This document shows, one piece after another, positions 27,998 to 36,573 of a stretch of 64,000 bases of DNA. The DNA is from Caulobacteraceae bacterium. GTDB lineage: Bacteria; Pseudomonadota; Alphaproteobacteria; Caulobacterales; Caulobacteraceae. The translations under genes were made by a program, and so were the position numbers. How positions within the stretch are numbered: the first letter of the stretch is position 1; the number at the start of each line of letters is the position of its first letter. The notes below the pieces were generated by a model that did not search any database, was not told the DNA's origin, and was given only the letters and a program-made list of their open reading frames with translations. The DNA lies in the NCBI GenBank assembly GCA_036491275.1, contig DASXCH010000157.1:8902-72901 (forward strand), in the 5' to 3' direction.

Positions 27998-30730
27998 ATG
28001 AAGCGCAATATTTTCTGTGGCGTGTCGGCGATCGCCGTGGCCACGGTCGCCGGGCTGTGGGCGACGCCGGGCTTGGCCGCGCAGGCCGCGGCCCAGGCCA
28101 CGCCACCCACCACCTTGAACGAGGTGATCGTGACCGCTGAGCGGCGCGAACAGAACATTGAATCCGTGCCGGTGGCGGTCACCGCTCTGGGCGCCAAGGA
28201 GCGCGCGCTGATCGGGATCCAGACGGTGCAGGACATCACCGACTTCACGCCCGGACTTTCCTACAGTTCGATCGATGACCGCCCCTATATCCGCGGCGTC
28301 GGGCGCAACACCGACAATCTCTCCACCGCCTCGGCCGTGGCCACCTACTACAACGGCGTCTATTACGGCGCCAACGCCGCCATCATCCTCCAGAAGGACG
28401 ATCTCTTCATCAGCAATATCGAAGTTGACCGCGGGCCGCAGAACACTCTGCACGGCAGCAACTCCGACGGCGGCACCATCCTCTACACCTCGCAGAGGCC
28501 GACCAGCTCCTATTATGCCGAAGCGCGCGCCGGCGTAGCCAACTACGGCGAATATATGGGCGAGGCGGTGGTTTCCGGGCCGATCTCCGACCATGTTCGG
28601 TTCCGCCTGGGCGGCATGTACACCGACGACAGCGGCGGTTATTTCAAAAATCTCGATGGACCGCCTCAGGGCGGCAACATCTCGTTGGGGAGCAGCGGCA
28701 CCGAGCACTACTTGGAGGCCCAGGTCTCCGCCGACATTGGCCACCTCGACATCTGGGCCATGGCCTCGAGCGGCGAATCCAACGCCAACTACCACACCCA
28801 GGAAACGATCGGGAACATTCCCGACAACCTCTTCCTCGCCAACAATCTCTTCGAGCCGAGCAGCTTCTACGGACTTTGCGGGCTGCCGGGCGTGCCGGCG
28901 ACCCCCGGCGGCGCCGGATGCGCCGGCGGCCCGCCGATCGTCTCGGTCACCACCGACCCTGTGACCGCCAACCTCTTTCCGGGCAACAACCCCGGCAACG
29001 TCAATCCTCGCCGGTTCATTCAGCCGTTCACCTCAACCAGCGACCAGACCGCCAATCTCGCTCTCGCCACCAATATCACCTACCACTTCCCGTCGTTCGA
29101 CCTGACCTACATCGGCGGATTCCAGACCTTCAATTATCTGCTCAACTTCACCACCCCCACCGAGAGCGGCGTCACGTCCTATCAGCTGGCCGGAGCGTCG
29201 CCGGCGCTGGCCGGGTTCTGCGAATTCGTCGCATTCCCAGCCAACCCGTCCGGTTGCACCCAGCCTCTGACGATCAACCCCAGTCCCAATACGACCTTCT
29301 TCGAGGAAAAGGACCAGTTCTTCAGCAACGAGATCGACCTGACGTCGCACAGCGACTCGCGATTCCAATATCTCCTGGGACTTTATGAGTATCACGAGAA
29401 GTTCGGCCAGCCGGTCGACGCCGGTGTCGAGCCGAACCAGACACAGTTGGCCCATCCGTATTACATCAGCGGCGTGGGTCCGACATGCCCCGGCGGAGCC
29501 CTTCTGTGCCCTGCGCCGGCGAACCCCGCGAGCGCGTATTCGACCTCAGAGACGGTCATGGACTACGATAACTACGCCGCCTTCGCCAACGGGAGCTACA
29601 GGTTCAACGATCATCTCAAGATCAATGGGGCGGTTCGCTACACTTACGATCACAAAGCTGGTTATCAGCTTTGGCGGTTCGAAGCGTTCGATGCGGGACT
29701 GGCGGGACCCGCGTTCACTTCCACCTTCCTCGGCGCCAACACCCCGGCGATCGACTTCAGCGCGCTCGCTGTTGCTCCAGGCGCCTATCCCGGAACCGGT
29801 GTCCCCACCTTCAACGCCAATAACGGCAACTGGTATCGGACGCTGGGCGCGACCTGGCGCGCCTGGACCGGCGAAGCCGACGTCGACTGGACTCCCGATC
29901 CGAGCACCCTGCTCTATTTCAGGTACGCCCGGGGCTACAAGTCCGGCGGTTTCTCCTCCTTCACAATCGGCCCGAATCCCGAGACCCAGCCTGAGTATGT
30001 CGATGCCTTCGAAATCGGCGGCAAAAAGACGGTCGGCTCGATCTTCTCGTTGAACGCGGCAGCCTTCTACTACAACTATTCCAACGATCAGGTCCCGTTG
30101 ACCATCCAGAATGCTCAGGGCGTGCTGGTGCCGATTCTATACAACCTGCCGCTCGTCCATACCTACGGATTCGAAATGGAGGCCGTGTGGCGGCCGATCG
30201 ATCACCTGAGCCTTAGCTTGAACTACTCCTTCCTGCACGCCACCATAGCCAACGCCGGCGCGTGCATTGAGGACACGGCCGACCCGGCGGCGACGGCGCC
30301 GGGCGCAAACACGGCCGGTTGCGCCGAAGTCCCTGGGCAGCCGGTTGTCCAGAATATCAATGGTCAATACCTGCCAGAAGCGCCAAAGAACAAGATCTCG
30401 TTCAACGCGCTCTATACGATCCCCTTCCAACCCGGAAACCTGACGTTGTCCGGCAGCTTGATCTGGAAGGACACGACTTACGACGGCGTCTTCAATCGCC
30501 CTTACACTCTCCAGAAGCCCTATACGCTGGTCAATCTTCGCGCGACCTGGACTGACGCCAAGGACCGCTACACCATCATCCTCTTTTGCAACAACCTGGC
30601 CAACGCCATCGGCTACGACAATGCCATAGGCACTCTGCTATCGACATCTGGACCGGAGGATATCGTCGCCCAGTATGGCCTCGTCGCCCCGAGGACTTAT
30701 GGGGCCGAGTTGGAGGTCAGGTTCCGGTAG
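27998..30730 (+). CDS. TonB-dependent receptor
   Basis: GGAGG RBS, signal peptide, LNEVIVTAERRE plug, DRGPQNTLHG, RGYKSGG, PRTYGAELEVRF terminus. Confidence 0.95.
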   Translation: MKRNIFCGVSAIAVATVAGLWATPGLAAQAAAQATPPTTLNEVIVTAERREQNIESVPVAVTALGAKERALIGIQTVQDITDFTPGLSYSSIDDRPYIRGVGRNTDNLSTASAVATYYNGVYYGANAAIILQKDDLFISNIEVDRGPQNTLHGSNSDGGTILYTSQRPTSSYYAEARAGVANYGEYMGEAVVSGPISDHVRFRLGGMYTDDSGGYFKNLDGPPQGGNISLGSSGTEHYLEAQVSADIGHLDIWAMASSGESNANYHTQETIGNIPDNLFLANNLFEPSSFYGLCGLPGVPATPGGAGCAGGPPIVSVTTDPVTANLFPGNNPGNVNPRRFIQPFTSTSDQTANLALATNITYHFPSFDLTYIGGFQTFNYLLNFTTPTESGVTSYQLAGASPALAGFCEFVAFPANPSGCTQPLTINPSPNTTFFEEKDQFFSNEIDLTSHSDSRFQYLLGLYEYHEKFGQPVDAGVEPNQTQLAHPYYISGVGPTCPGGALLCPAPANPASAYSTSETVMDYDNYAAFANGSYRFNDHLKINGAVRYTYDHKAGYQLWRFEAFDAGLAGPAFTSTFLGANTPAIDFSALAVAPGAYPGTGVPTFNANNGNWYRTLGATWRAWTGEADVDWTPDPSTLLYFRYARGYKSGGFSSFTIGPNPETQPEYVDAFEIGGKKTVGSIFSLNAAAFYYNYSNDQVPLTIQNAQGVLVPILYNLPLVHTYGFEMEAVWRPIDHLSLSLNYSFLHATIANAGACIEDTADPAATAPGANTAGCAEVPGQPVVQNINGQYLPEAPKNKISFNALYTIPFQPGNLTLSGSLIWKDTTYDGVFNRPYTLQKPYTLVNLRATWTDAKDRYTIILFCNNLANAIGYDNAIGTLLSTSGPEDIVAQYGLVAPRTYGAELEVRFR

Positions 30731-30919
30731 GTTCCCCGCTGGCGCGTCGATCAGCAGTTCCAGATCGGCCCCGCGACACGCGGCAATGGGCGGCCCCGCG
30801 GGCGGTCTGCTCCAAGGCTTCCTGGGCGGCGGCGTCGCCGCCTGGGGATTTGTCAATCGACGGATGTCTCCGCATCAATCGCCAGCGGCACTGCGAGACG
30901 GCCAGGAGAAGCGCCGGCC

Positions 30920-31228
30920 GCCATCCTGCCCAGCATGAGCCGGGCCGGCTGCCCCTATGACAACGCCATGGCCGAGAGCTTCATGAAAACCCTCAAATGG
31001 GAGGAGGTCGACGCCAGCGCTTACGACAACCTGGCCCACGCCAGGAGCGCCATCGGCGAGTTCATCGAGGAGGTGTACAATCGCCAGCGACTTCACTCGG
31101 CGCTGGACTATCTCTCGCCGATGGAGTTCGAAACCAGCCGCCGGACTGTGGACCGCCCCCCGGCGGCCCACAGTCTCACAACAATAACTGTCACCAATTA
31201 ATCTGTCTCACCCAAGGGGTTCACTCCA
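30920..31228 (+). mobile_element. IS3-family remnant: transposase C-terminus plus right end
   Basis: ILPSMSRAGCPYDNAMAESFMKTLKWEEV...YNRQRLHSALDYLSPMEFE; followed by TGTCTCACCCAAGGGGTTCACTCCA; 5' part absent. Confidence 0.88.
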
Positions 31229-31322
31229 CACCTTGACAGGCTTGCCGCCGGCAGCCCACCGGGCCCAGCGTAAAAAGCCGTATCCTCGGGCGTTTCACCG
31301 TAGTTACGGCAGGCCTGCCATT

Positions 31323-31430
31323 ACACGGATGAACACGGATGGCGCATCGCGCATCACGGATGAAGGACCGCGCCAACGGCCCGCGCTCATTTCAACCCGC
31401 CCATCCGCTCAGATCCGTGTCCATCCGTGT
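31323..31430. repeat. Inverted repeat of ACACGGATGA/ATCCGTGT tandem units (MITE-like)
   Basis: ACACGGATGAACACGGAT (31323-31340) vs ATCCGTGTCCATCCGTGT (31413-31430), 17/18 complementary. Confidence 0.75.
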
Positions 31431-31454
31431 TCCGGCGTTCAACGATAAGACGCC

Positions 31455-31531
31455 TGGATCCCGGCTCGCCTCGCGGAGTTTATCCTCGGGCCGGCCTTGG
31501 GCCGGACCCGGGGGCGCTCGGCGTCCGGGAC
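31455..31531. repeat. Half REP/RIME-like element carrying a nested second palindrome
   Basis: TGGATCCCGGCTCG...GTCCGGGACGA arm interrupted by GAGTTTATCCTCGGGCCGGCCTTGGGCCGGACCCGGG. Confidence 0.6.
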
Positions 31532-31578
31532 GAGCGGAATCTGGCGGCGGAAGGCTCACCATAAATTGCCATAGACAT

Positions 31579-31660
31579 GGACGATTCCCCATAAAGTATG
31601 GTGTCCAGCGACCTTGACAGGGCGTCCTTCGGCGAACGGGCGATTCCCCGTAAAATACGG
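31579..31660. repeat. Two 23-bp imperfect direct repeats, 59-bp period
   Basis: GGACGATTCCCCATAAAGTATGG and GGGCGATTCCCCGTAAAATACGG (19/23 identical). Confidence 0.6.
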
Positions 31661-31927
31661 CGGCGCCGCCGCCGGTCTGCATTCGCAGGATCTGAAAATC
31701 CGACGGTCACTACGTGGTTCACGATATCAAAGACCGGGCTTAGCCAAGACTTGCATTATGCGACTACCTAAGATGAACGTCAAGCCAAAATCGCCGCCCA
31801 AAATCGCCGCCCCGGCCAGCGCATCTCAGCGCCCAGAAGGGACCGAACGCCGGTGAAAGCATGCCATGGATGACGATGGGAAAGGTCCTATGGCATAGAG
31901 GGCCATAAGTCCGTCCAGGGAGGGCGC

Positions 31928-33307
31928 GTGACCCAATCGAGCCTCGCCGAGCCCGTCGCGCCTCGCCTCGCCAAGGACCTTCGCGGCCGACACGTGGCCA
32001 TGATCTCCATCGGCGGGATCATCGGCGCCGGCCTCTTCGTCGGCTCCAGCGCCGGCATCGCCAGCATCGGCCCGGCGGTAGTCGTCAGCTACCTGCTGGC
32101 CGGGATCGTCGTGCTCCTGGTCATGCGCATGCTGGGCGAGATGGCCGCCGCCTACCCCGAAGTCGGCGCCTTCTCGGAATATGCGCGCCTGGGGCTTGGC
32201 GACTGGGCCGGCTTCACCGCCGGCTGGCTCTATTGGTACTTCTGGGTGGTGGTGGTGGCCATCGAGGCGATCGCCGGCGCCAAGGTGCTGAGCGGCTGGA
32301 TCGACCTCCCGGTATGGCTCATCGCGCTGGCCCTGGTGCTGCTGATGATGACCACCAACCTGTGGTCGGCCAGGTCCTACGGCGAATTCGAATTCTGGTT
32401 CGCCTCGATCAAGGTGGCGGCGATCATCGCCTTCATCCTGATCACCGGTTTTTATCTCATTGGGCACGCTCCGCAACCCAACGCGGCCTTGGGCGGGCGG
32501 CTCGTCAACCTGACGGCGCATCGCGGCTTCGCTCCGTTCGGGACCCTGTCCGTCCTGGGCGGGGTGACCAGCGTCGTCTTCGCCCTCACCGGCGCCGAAA
32601 TCGCCACCATCGCCGCTGCGGAATCGGCCGAGCCCGGAAAGGCCATCGCCCGCATGACCAGCCAGGTCGTGGTCCGCATCCTGCTCTTCTACGTGATCTC
32701 GATCTTCCTGATCGTGACCCTGGTGCCGTGGACGGCAATCCATTCCGGCGACTCGCCCTTCGCCATCACCCTGGAGCGGATCGGCGTGCCGGCCGCGGCC
32801 CTGATCATGAACCTGATCGTGCTGACGGCCGTGCTCTCCTGCCTCAACTCCGGCCTCTACGTGACCTCGCGGGTGCTGTTCACCCTGGCCGCGCGGGGCG
32901 ATGCGCCCCAGGCCCTGGTGGCGCTGAACAGGCGCAAGGTCCCGACCCGGGCCATCCTCATCGCCACCGTCTTCGCGCTCCTGGCCGGCGCGCCGTCGAT
33001 GCTGGGGGCCGAGGCGGTGTTCACCTTCCTGGTCAACGCCTCGGGGGCCTTGATGCTGATCGTCTACGGCCTGGTGGCTGCGGCGGAAATCCCGGTGCGC
33101 CGAAAGCTCGAGGCCGAGGCGCCCGAAAAGCTCACCATCCGCATGTGGCTGTTTCCGGCCGGCAGCCTCTTGGCCATCCTCGCCATCCTCGCCATCCTGA
33201 CGGCCATGGGCCTGACCGCCTCGTTGCGGCCGCAGCTCCTCAGCAGCCTTCTGGTGACCGCGGTCGCGCTGGTGGCGTTTTTGCTGTTCCGCCGGCGGCC
33301 GGGTTGA
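31928..33307 (+). CDS. APC-family amino acid permease (GabP-like)
   Basis: RHVAMISIGGIIGAGLFVGS, GEFEFWFASIKV, GAEIATIAAAES, LSCLNSGLYVTSRVLF. Confidence 0.92.
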   Translation: MTQSSLAEPVAPRLAKDLRGRHVAMISIGGIIGAGLFVGSSAGIASIGPAVVVSYLLAGIVVLLVMRMLGEMAAAYPEVGAFSEYARLGLGDWAGFTAGWLYWYFWVVVVAIEAIAGAKVLSGWIDLPVWLIALALVLLMMTTNLWSARSYGEFEFWFASIKVAAIIAFILITGFYLIGHAPQPNAALGGRLVNLTAHRGFAPFGTLSVLGGVTSVVFALTGAEIATIAAAESAEPGKAIARMTSQVVVRILLFYVISIFLIVTLVPWTAIHSGDSPFAITLERIGVPAAALIMNLIVLTAVLSCLNSGLYVTSRVLFTLAARGDAPQALVALNRRKVPTRAILIATVFALLAGAPSMLGAEAVFTFLVNASGALMLIVYGLVAAAEIPVRRKLEAEAPEKLTIRMWLFPAGSLLAILAILAILTAMGLTASLRPQLLSSLLVTAVALVAFLLFRRRPG

Positions 33308-33312
33308 GGCGC

Positions 33313-33825
33313 ATGGGCAGCAACGCGGCTCCAGCGCGGCGAAGGTCCGTTCGACGACGGCCGGGCCAGTTCATCGAGATCGACCTCGGCAACGGCGCGA
33401 GGGGATTTGGTCGCGTACTGTGTGAGCCGGAATTTGCCTTCTACGACCTCATAGCAACGTCCGCGCCACCGCCGCCGCTTGATGAGTTAGGGGCTAAGCC
33501 AATTGCATTTCGCCTCTGGGTAATGAATCGCGCAATCTCTTCCGGTCGATGGAAAGTGATTGGCGCGACGGCGCTTCCAGACGAATTGATAGCGCCCGCG
33601 GTCTACTTCAAGCAGGACCCTTTCACCGGCAAGCTTGCGATTTACAGTGCGGCGCTGAAGCCGCCGACCTATGAGCGGCCAGCTACGCGACGGGAATGCG
33701 AACCACTTGAACGCGCCGCGGTTTGGGACCCGGAACATGTCGAAGATAGACTGAGAGACCATTTTGCTGGTCAGCCCAACAATTGGGTCAGATCGCTTCA
33801 GTTGGATCCGCTTGCGCAATTTTGA
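33313..33825 (+). CDS. Imm26-family immunity protein
   Basis: IDLGNG..GFGRVL...FAFYD, SGRWKVIG, YFKQDP, ECEPLERAAVWDPEHVEDRLRDHFAGQPNNW; visibly more AT-rich. Confidence 0.85.
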   Translation: MGSNAAPARRRSVRRRPGQFIEIDLGNGARGFGRVLCEPEFAFYDLIATSAPPPPLDELGAKPIAFRLWVMNRAISSGRWKVIGATALPDELIAPAVYFKQDPFTGKLAIYSAALKPPTYERPATRRECEPLERAAVWDPEHVEDRLRDHFAGQPNNWVRSLQLDPLAQF

Positions 33826-33875
33826 GTGACGCCGCTGAGCGCCTAACATCCGTCCGCAATCCTGGAGGATGCCCC

Positions 33876-34139
33876 ATGGCCGGCGGATGGACGCGCGACG
33901 GTGCGGTGACGGATCAGATCGAAGACACGGTGAGCGACGCCGTCACGGCCGCTCGCGCGCGCCTCCCCCACGGCGAGGGGACGACGCACTGCGAGGAGTG
34001 CGGCGAAGAGATCCCTGACGCCCGCCGCCGCGCCTTGCCTGGCGCCCGGACCTGCGTCGCCTGCCAGTCGGGCCGCGACCTGAGCGTCGCCTTCGGGACG
34101 ATCAATCGACGCGGCTCCAAGGACAGCCAGCTGAAATAG
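33876..34139 (+). CDS. DksA/TraR C4 zinc-finger protein (YbiI-like)
   Basis: MAGGWTRDGAV; CEEC...RRRALPG..TCVACQ; INRRGSKDSQLK. Confidence 0.93.
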   Translation: MAGGWTRDGAVTDQIEDTVSDAVTAARARLPHGEGTTHCEECGEEIPDARRRALPGARTCVACQSGRDLSVAFGTINRRGSKDSQLK

Positions 34140-34146
34140 CGCGCGC

Positions 34147-34725
34147 GTGGAGCCTGCCGTCATTCTCGATTTCTGGTTCCGGGAGCTGGCGCCGCGGTAC
34201 TGGTTCCTGGGCTCGAAGAAGCTTGATGCCGACATGCGTCGCCGCTTCAGCGGCTGGGTCGACGCGGCCCTGAATGGCCAACTCGACGCCTGGGCCGGGA
34301 CCCCGCGTGGACGCCTGGCCCTCATCCTCCTGCTCGATCAGTTCACCCGCAACATCCATCGCGGAACGCCCGGCGCCTTCGCCGGCGACGCCAAGGCTCG
34401 GGCCCTGGTGCTGGAGGGCCTGGCGGCCAACATGGACAGGCCCCTCAACCTTGCCGAGCGCCAGTTCTTCTATATGCCGCTGGTGCATGCCGAGGACCCG
34501 AAGCTTCAGGCCTTGAGCCTGAAGAAATTCGCCGCGTGGCTCCGCGAAGCCCAGTCGACCGTGAAGCATCAGAAGGACCACGCGGCGGTCATCGAGCGCT
34601 TTGGCCGGTTCCCGACCCGCAACGCGGCCTTGGCGCGCGCCTCGACGCCGGAGGAACAGGCGTTCGTCGACGAGGTGGAGCGGAAGGCGAAGGCCCAAAA
34701 GCGGAGGAAGTCCGCGAAAGGTTGA
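34147..34725 (+). CDS. DUF924 family protein
   Basis: ILDFWF, LALILLLDQFTRNIHRG, QFFYMPLVHAE, VIERFGRFPTRN. Confidence 0.92.
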   Translation: MEPAVILDFWFRELAPRYWFLGSKKLDADMRRRFSGWVDAALNGQLDAWAGTPRGRLALILLLDQFTRNIHRGTPGAFAGDAKARALVLEGLAANMDRPLNLAERQFFYMPLVHAEDPKLQALSLKKFAAWLREAQSTVKHQKDHAAVIERFGRFPTRNAALARASTPEEQAFVDEVERKAKAQKRRKSAKG

Positions 34726-34729
34726 GATC

Positions 34730-35407
34730 TCAGCCGACGTGAAAATCGACGGCGGCCAGTTGCAGACCCAGCCGCCGCGCGACGCCGCGCGAGGCGAGAT
34801 TGTTCCAGTTCGTGCTGTAGAACGGGACCGCGCCCAAGGCCCGGACCCGCCCCGCCCAGGCGACGACGACACGGCTCGCCAGCCCGCGGCCGCGAGCGTC
34901 CGGAACAGTCTCGACGCCGGCGCAATGGACATGAGGCGTGATACGCACGCTGGCGCAGAGGGCGACCGCCCTCCCCGCCTCGACCATCGCCAGGAACGGA
35001 CCGCGCCGGCCGACGTCGGGGAGCCAGCTCTCCAGGCCGCCACGCAGCAGGTCGGCGTTGTCCGGTCCGATCTCGACCGCCTCGGTTTCCGCCGCCAGAA
35101 CCGAGGGAAAGACGAAGGCCGGACCGGCCCAGAATTCCCTGGCCTCGAGGATCTCGAGATACCGATCCCGCAGCGCCGGCGTCTCGGTGAGAGCCGGCGG
35201 CTCGGCCTTGGCCAGGACAAGGAGTTCGGCGGCGAGATCATTCTCGACATCATTCCGAAGGCGGCAGAGTACGCCAGCCTCGGTCCGCATGAGATGGAAG
35301 CGCGGTGGCCTGCCGCCGCTCCATTCGTTTATCGCGACGAGCCGTCCACGCCAGTCATGGCGGTAACCCGCCCGCAAGCGCCGCCGCGCAAGCGCGAGGT
35401 CGATCAA
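34730..35407 (-). CDS. GNAT family N-acetyltransferase
   Basis: VETVPDARGRGLASRVV, FYSTNWNNLASRGVARRLG; TTG start overlapping solA stop (start inferred). Confidence 0.8.
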   Translation of the reverse strand: MIDLALARRRLRAGYRHDWRGRLVAINEWSGGRPPRFHLMRTEAGVLCRLRNDVENDLAAELLVLAKAEPPALTETPALRDRYLEILEAREFWAGPAFVFPSVLAAETEAVEIGPDNADLLRGGLESWLPDVGRRGPFLAMVEAGRAVALCASVRITPHVHCAGVETVPDARGRGLASRVVVAWAGRVRALGAVPFYSTNWNNLASRGVARRLGLQLAAVDFHVG

Positions 35408-36573
35408 AGGCTCTCCGCCAGCCCGAACGGCGCAAGCACCGCCGGCCGCTCGCCCGTGAGCGCCCAGGCGGCGGCCGCCTCGCCGATCGCCGGCGAATGC
35501 TTGAAGCCGTGCCCAGAGCAGGCCGAGACCACGATAACCCCGGTCCGCTCCGGATCCTCGTCGACGATGAACCGGCTGTCCGGCGCCAGGGTGTAGGCGC
35601 AGGCGACCGAGCGCAGCCAGGCGGGCGGGACGCCGTCCAGATGGCCGGCGAGGTGGCGGGCGTGACACGCCAGAGCCTCCCCCCGCGTCGAGCCCCGGTC
35701 CCAGGCGTCGGGATCCCTGGTCTCGACTCCGAACTGTTCGCCCGAGATCTTCACGCCGCCGAAATCCGGATCGACCGGAAAGCCGTAGAACCAGTCGCCG
35801 TCGCGCTCGCCATACATCCAGATGAACACCGGGAAGCGCTCCGGCGCGAAGGCGGCCGGGTCGGCCGGCTCGAACCAGTGAAGGCACTGGCGATAGAGTC
35901 TCAGGCGCCGCGCCCAGACGCCGCCCAGGAGCTGGCCGGTCCAGCCGCCGGCGCAGACGACTGCGCGATCGGCCTCGTAAGTCCCCTGATCGGTCGTCAC
36001 CGTGACATGGCCGTTCCAAGAGGCAATCTGGCGGATGGTCTCGCCGGTTCGGATTTCGGCTCCGCTTGCTCCGGCCAGGCGCAACTGAGCGGCGATGCAG
36101 CGCTCCGGATAGAGGATACCCGCGCCCGGCTCGAAATAGGCCCGTTCTTCGTCCCGCATGCGGAACTGCGGCCAGCGGGCGCGCACTTCCGCCGGCGACA
36201 GATTCTCGTGTTCGACGCCAAACGCACGCGCGGCCTCGATCGTCGTTTCCAGAAAGTCCGGCTTGCCGTGATGGGCGACCCCCATGCCGGGTGTGCTGAT
36301 GAGGAGCGCGCCGGGCGTCCGCATCAGGGTCTCGCCGGTCTCGGCCTCGAGCGCCCGCCAGATCTCGTGGGCGCGAAGGGCGAGCGGGACGTAGTCCAGG
36401 CCCTCGCCGATGGCGCGGCGGGTGATGCGGGTCTCGCCGTGGCTGGAGCCCTGGTCATGCGGCGGATGGTGGGAATCGATGGCCAGCACTCGCGCTCCGC
36501 GACGCGCCGCCTGCAGCGCGGTCGCCGCGCCCATGGCCCCCAGGCCGACGACGATCAAATCGTAGGTCGTCAC
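35404..36573 (-). CDS. solA: N-methyl-L-tryptophan oxidase / monomeric sarcosine oxidase family flavoenzyme
   Basis: IVVGLGAMG, GSSHGETRITR, ACAYT (covalent-FAD Cys position), SACSGHGFK. Confidence 0.92.
   Translation of the reverse strand: MTTYDLIVVGLGAMGAATALQAARRGARVLAIDSHHPPHDQGSSHGETRITRRAIGEGLDYVPLALRAHEIWRALEAETGETLMRTPGALLISTPGMGVAHHGKPDFLETTIEAARAFGVEHENLSPAEVRARWPQFRMRDEERAYFEPGAGILYPERCIAAQLRLAGASGAEIRTGETIRQIASWNGHVTVTTDQGTYEADRAVVCAGGWTGQLLGGVWARRLRLYRQCLHWFEPADPAAFAPERFPVFIWMYGERDGDWFYGFPVDPDFGGVKISGEQFGVETRDPDAWDRGSTRGEALACHARHLAGHLDGVPPAWLRSVACAYTLAPDSRFIVDEDPERTGVIVVSACSGHGFKHSPAIGEAAAAWALTGERPAVLAPFGLAESL

Noticed and set aside
30638-30856. RiPP precursor suggested by RKPWSRP near the sulfotransferase/TBDR
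   Set aside because: TTG start without RBS, overlap with the TBDR 3' end, no core-peptide features and no maturase nearby.
31579-31660. CRISPR array
   Set aside because: Only two imperfect repeats, no leader and no cas genes in the window.
31740-31927. Glycine or other amino-acid riboswitch upstream of the permease
   Set aside because: No conserved aptamer motifs are recognisable.
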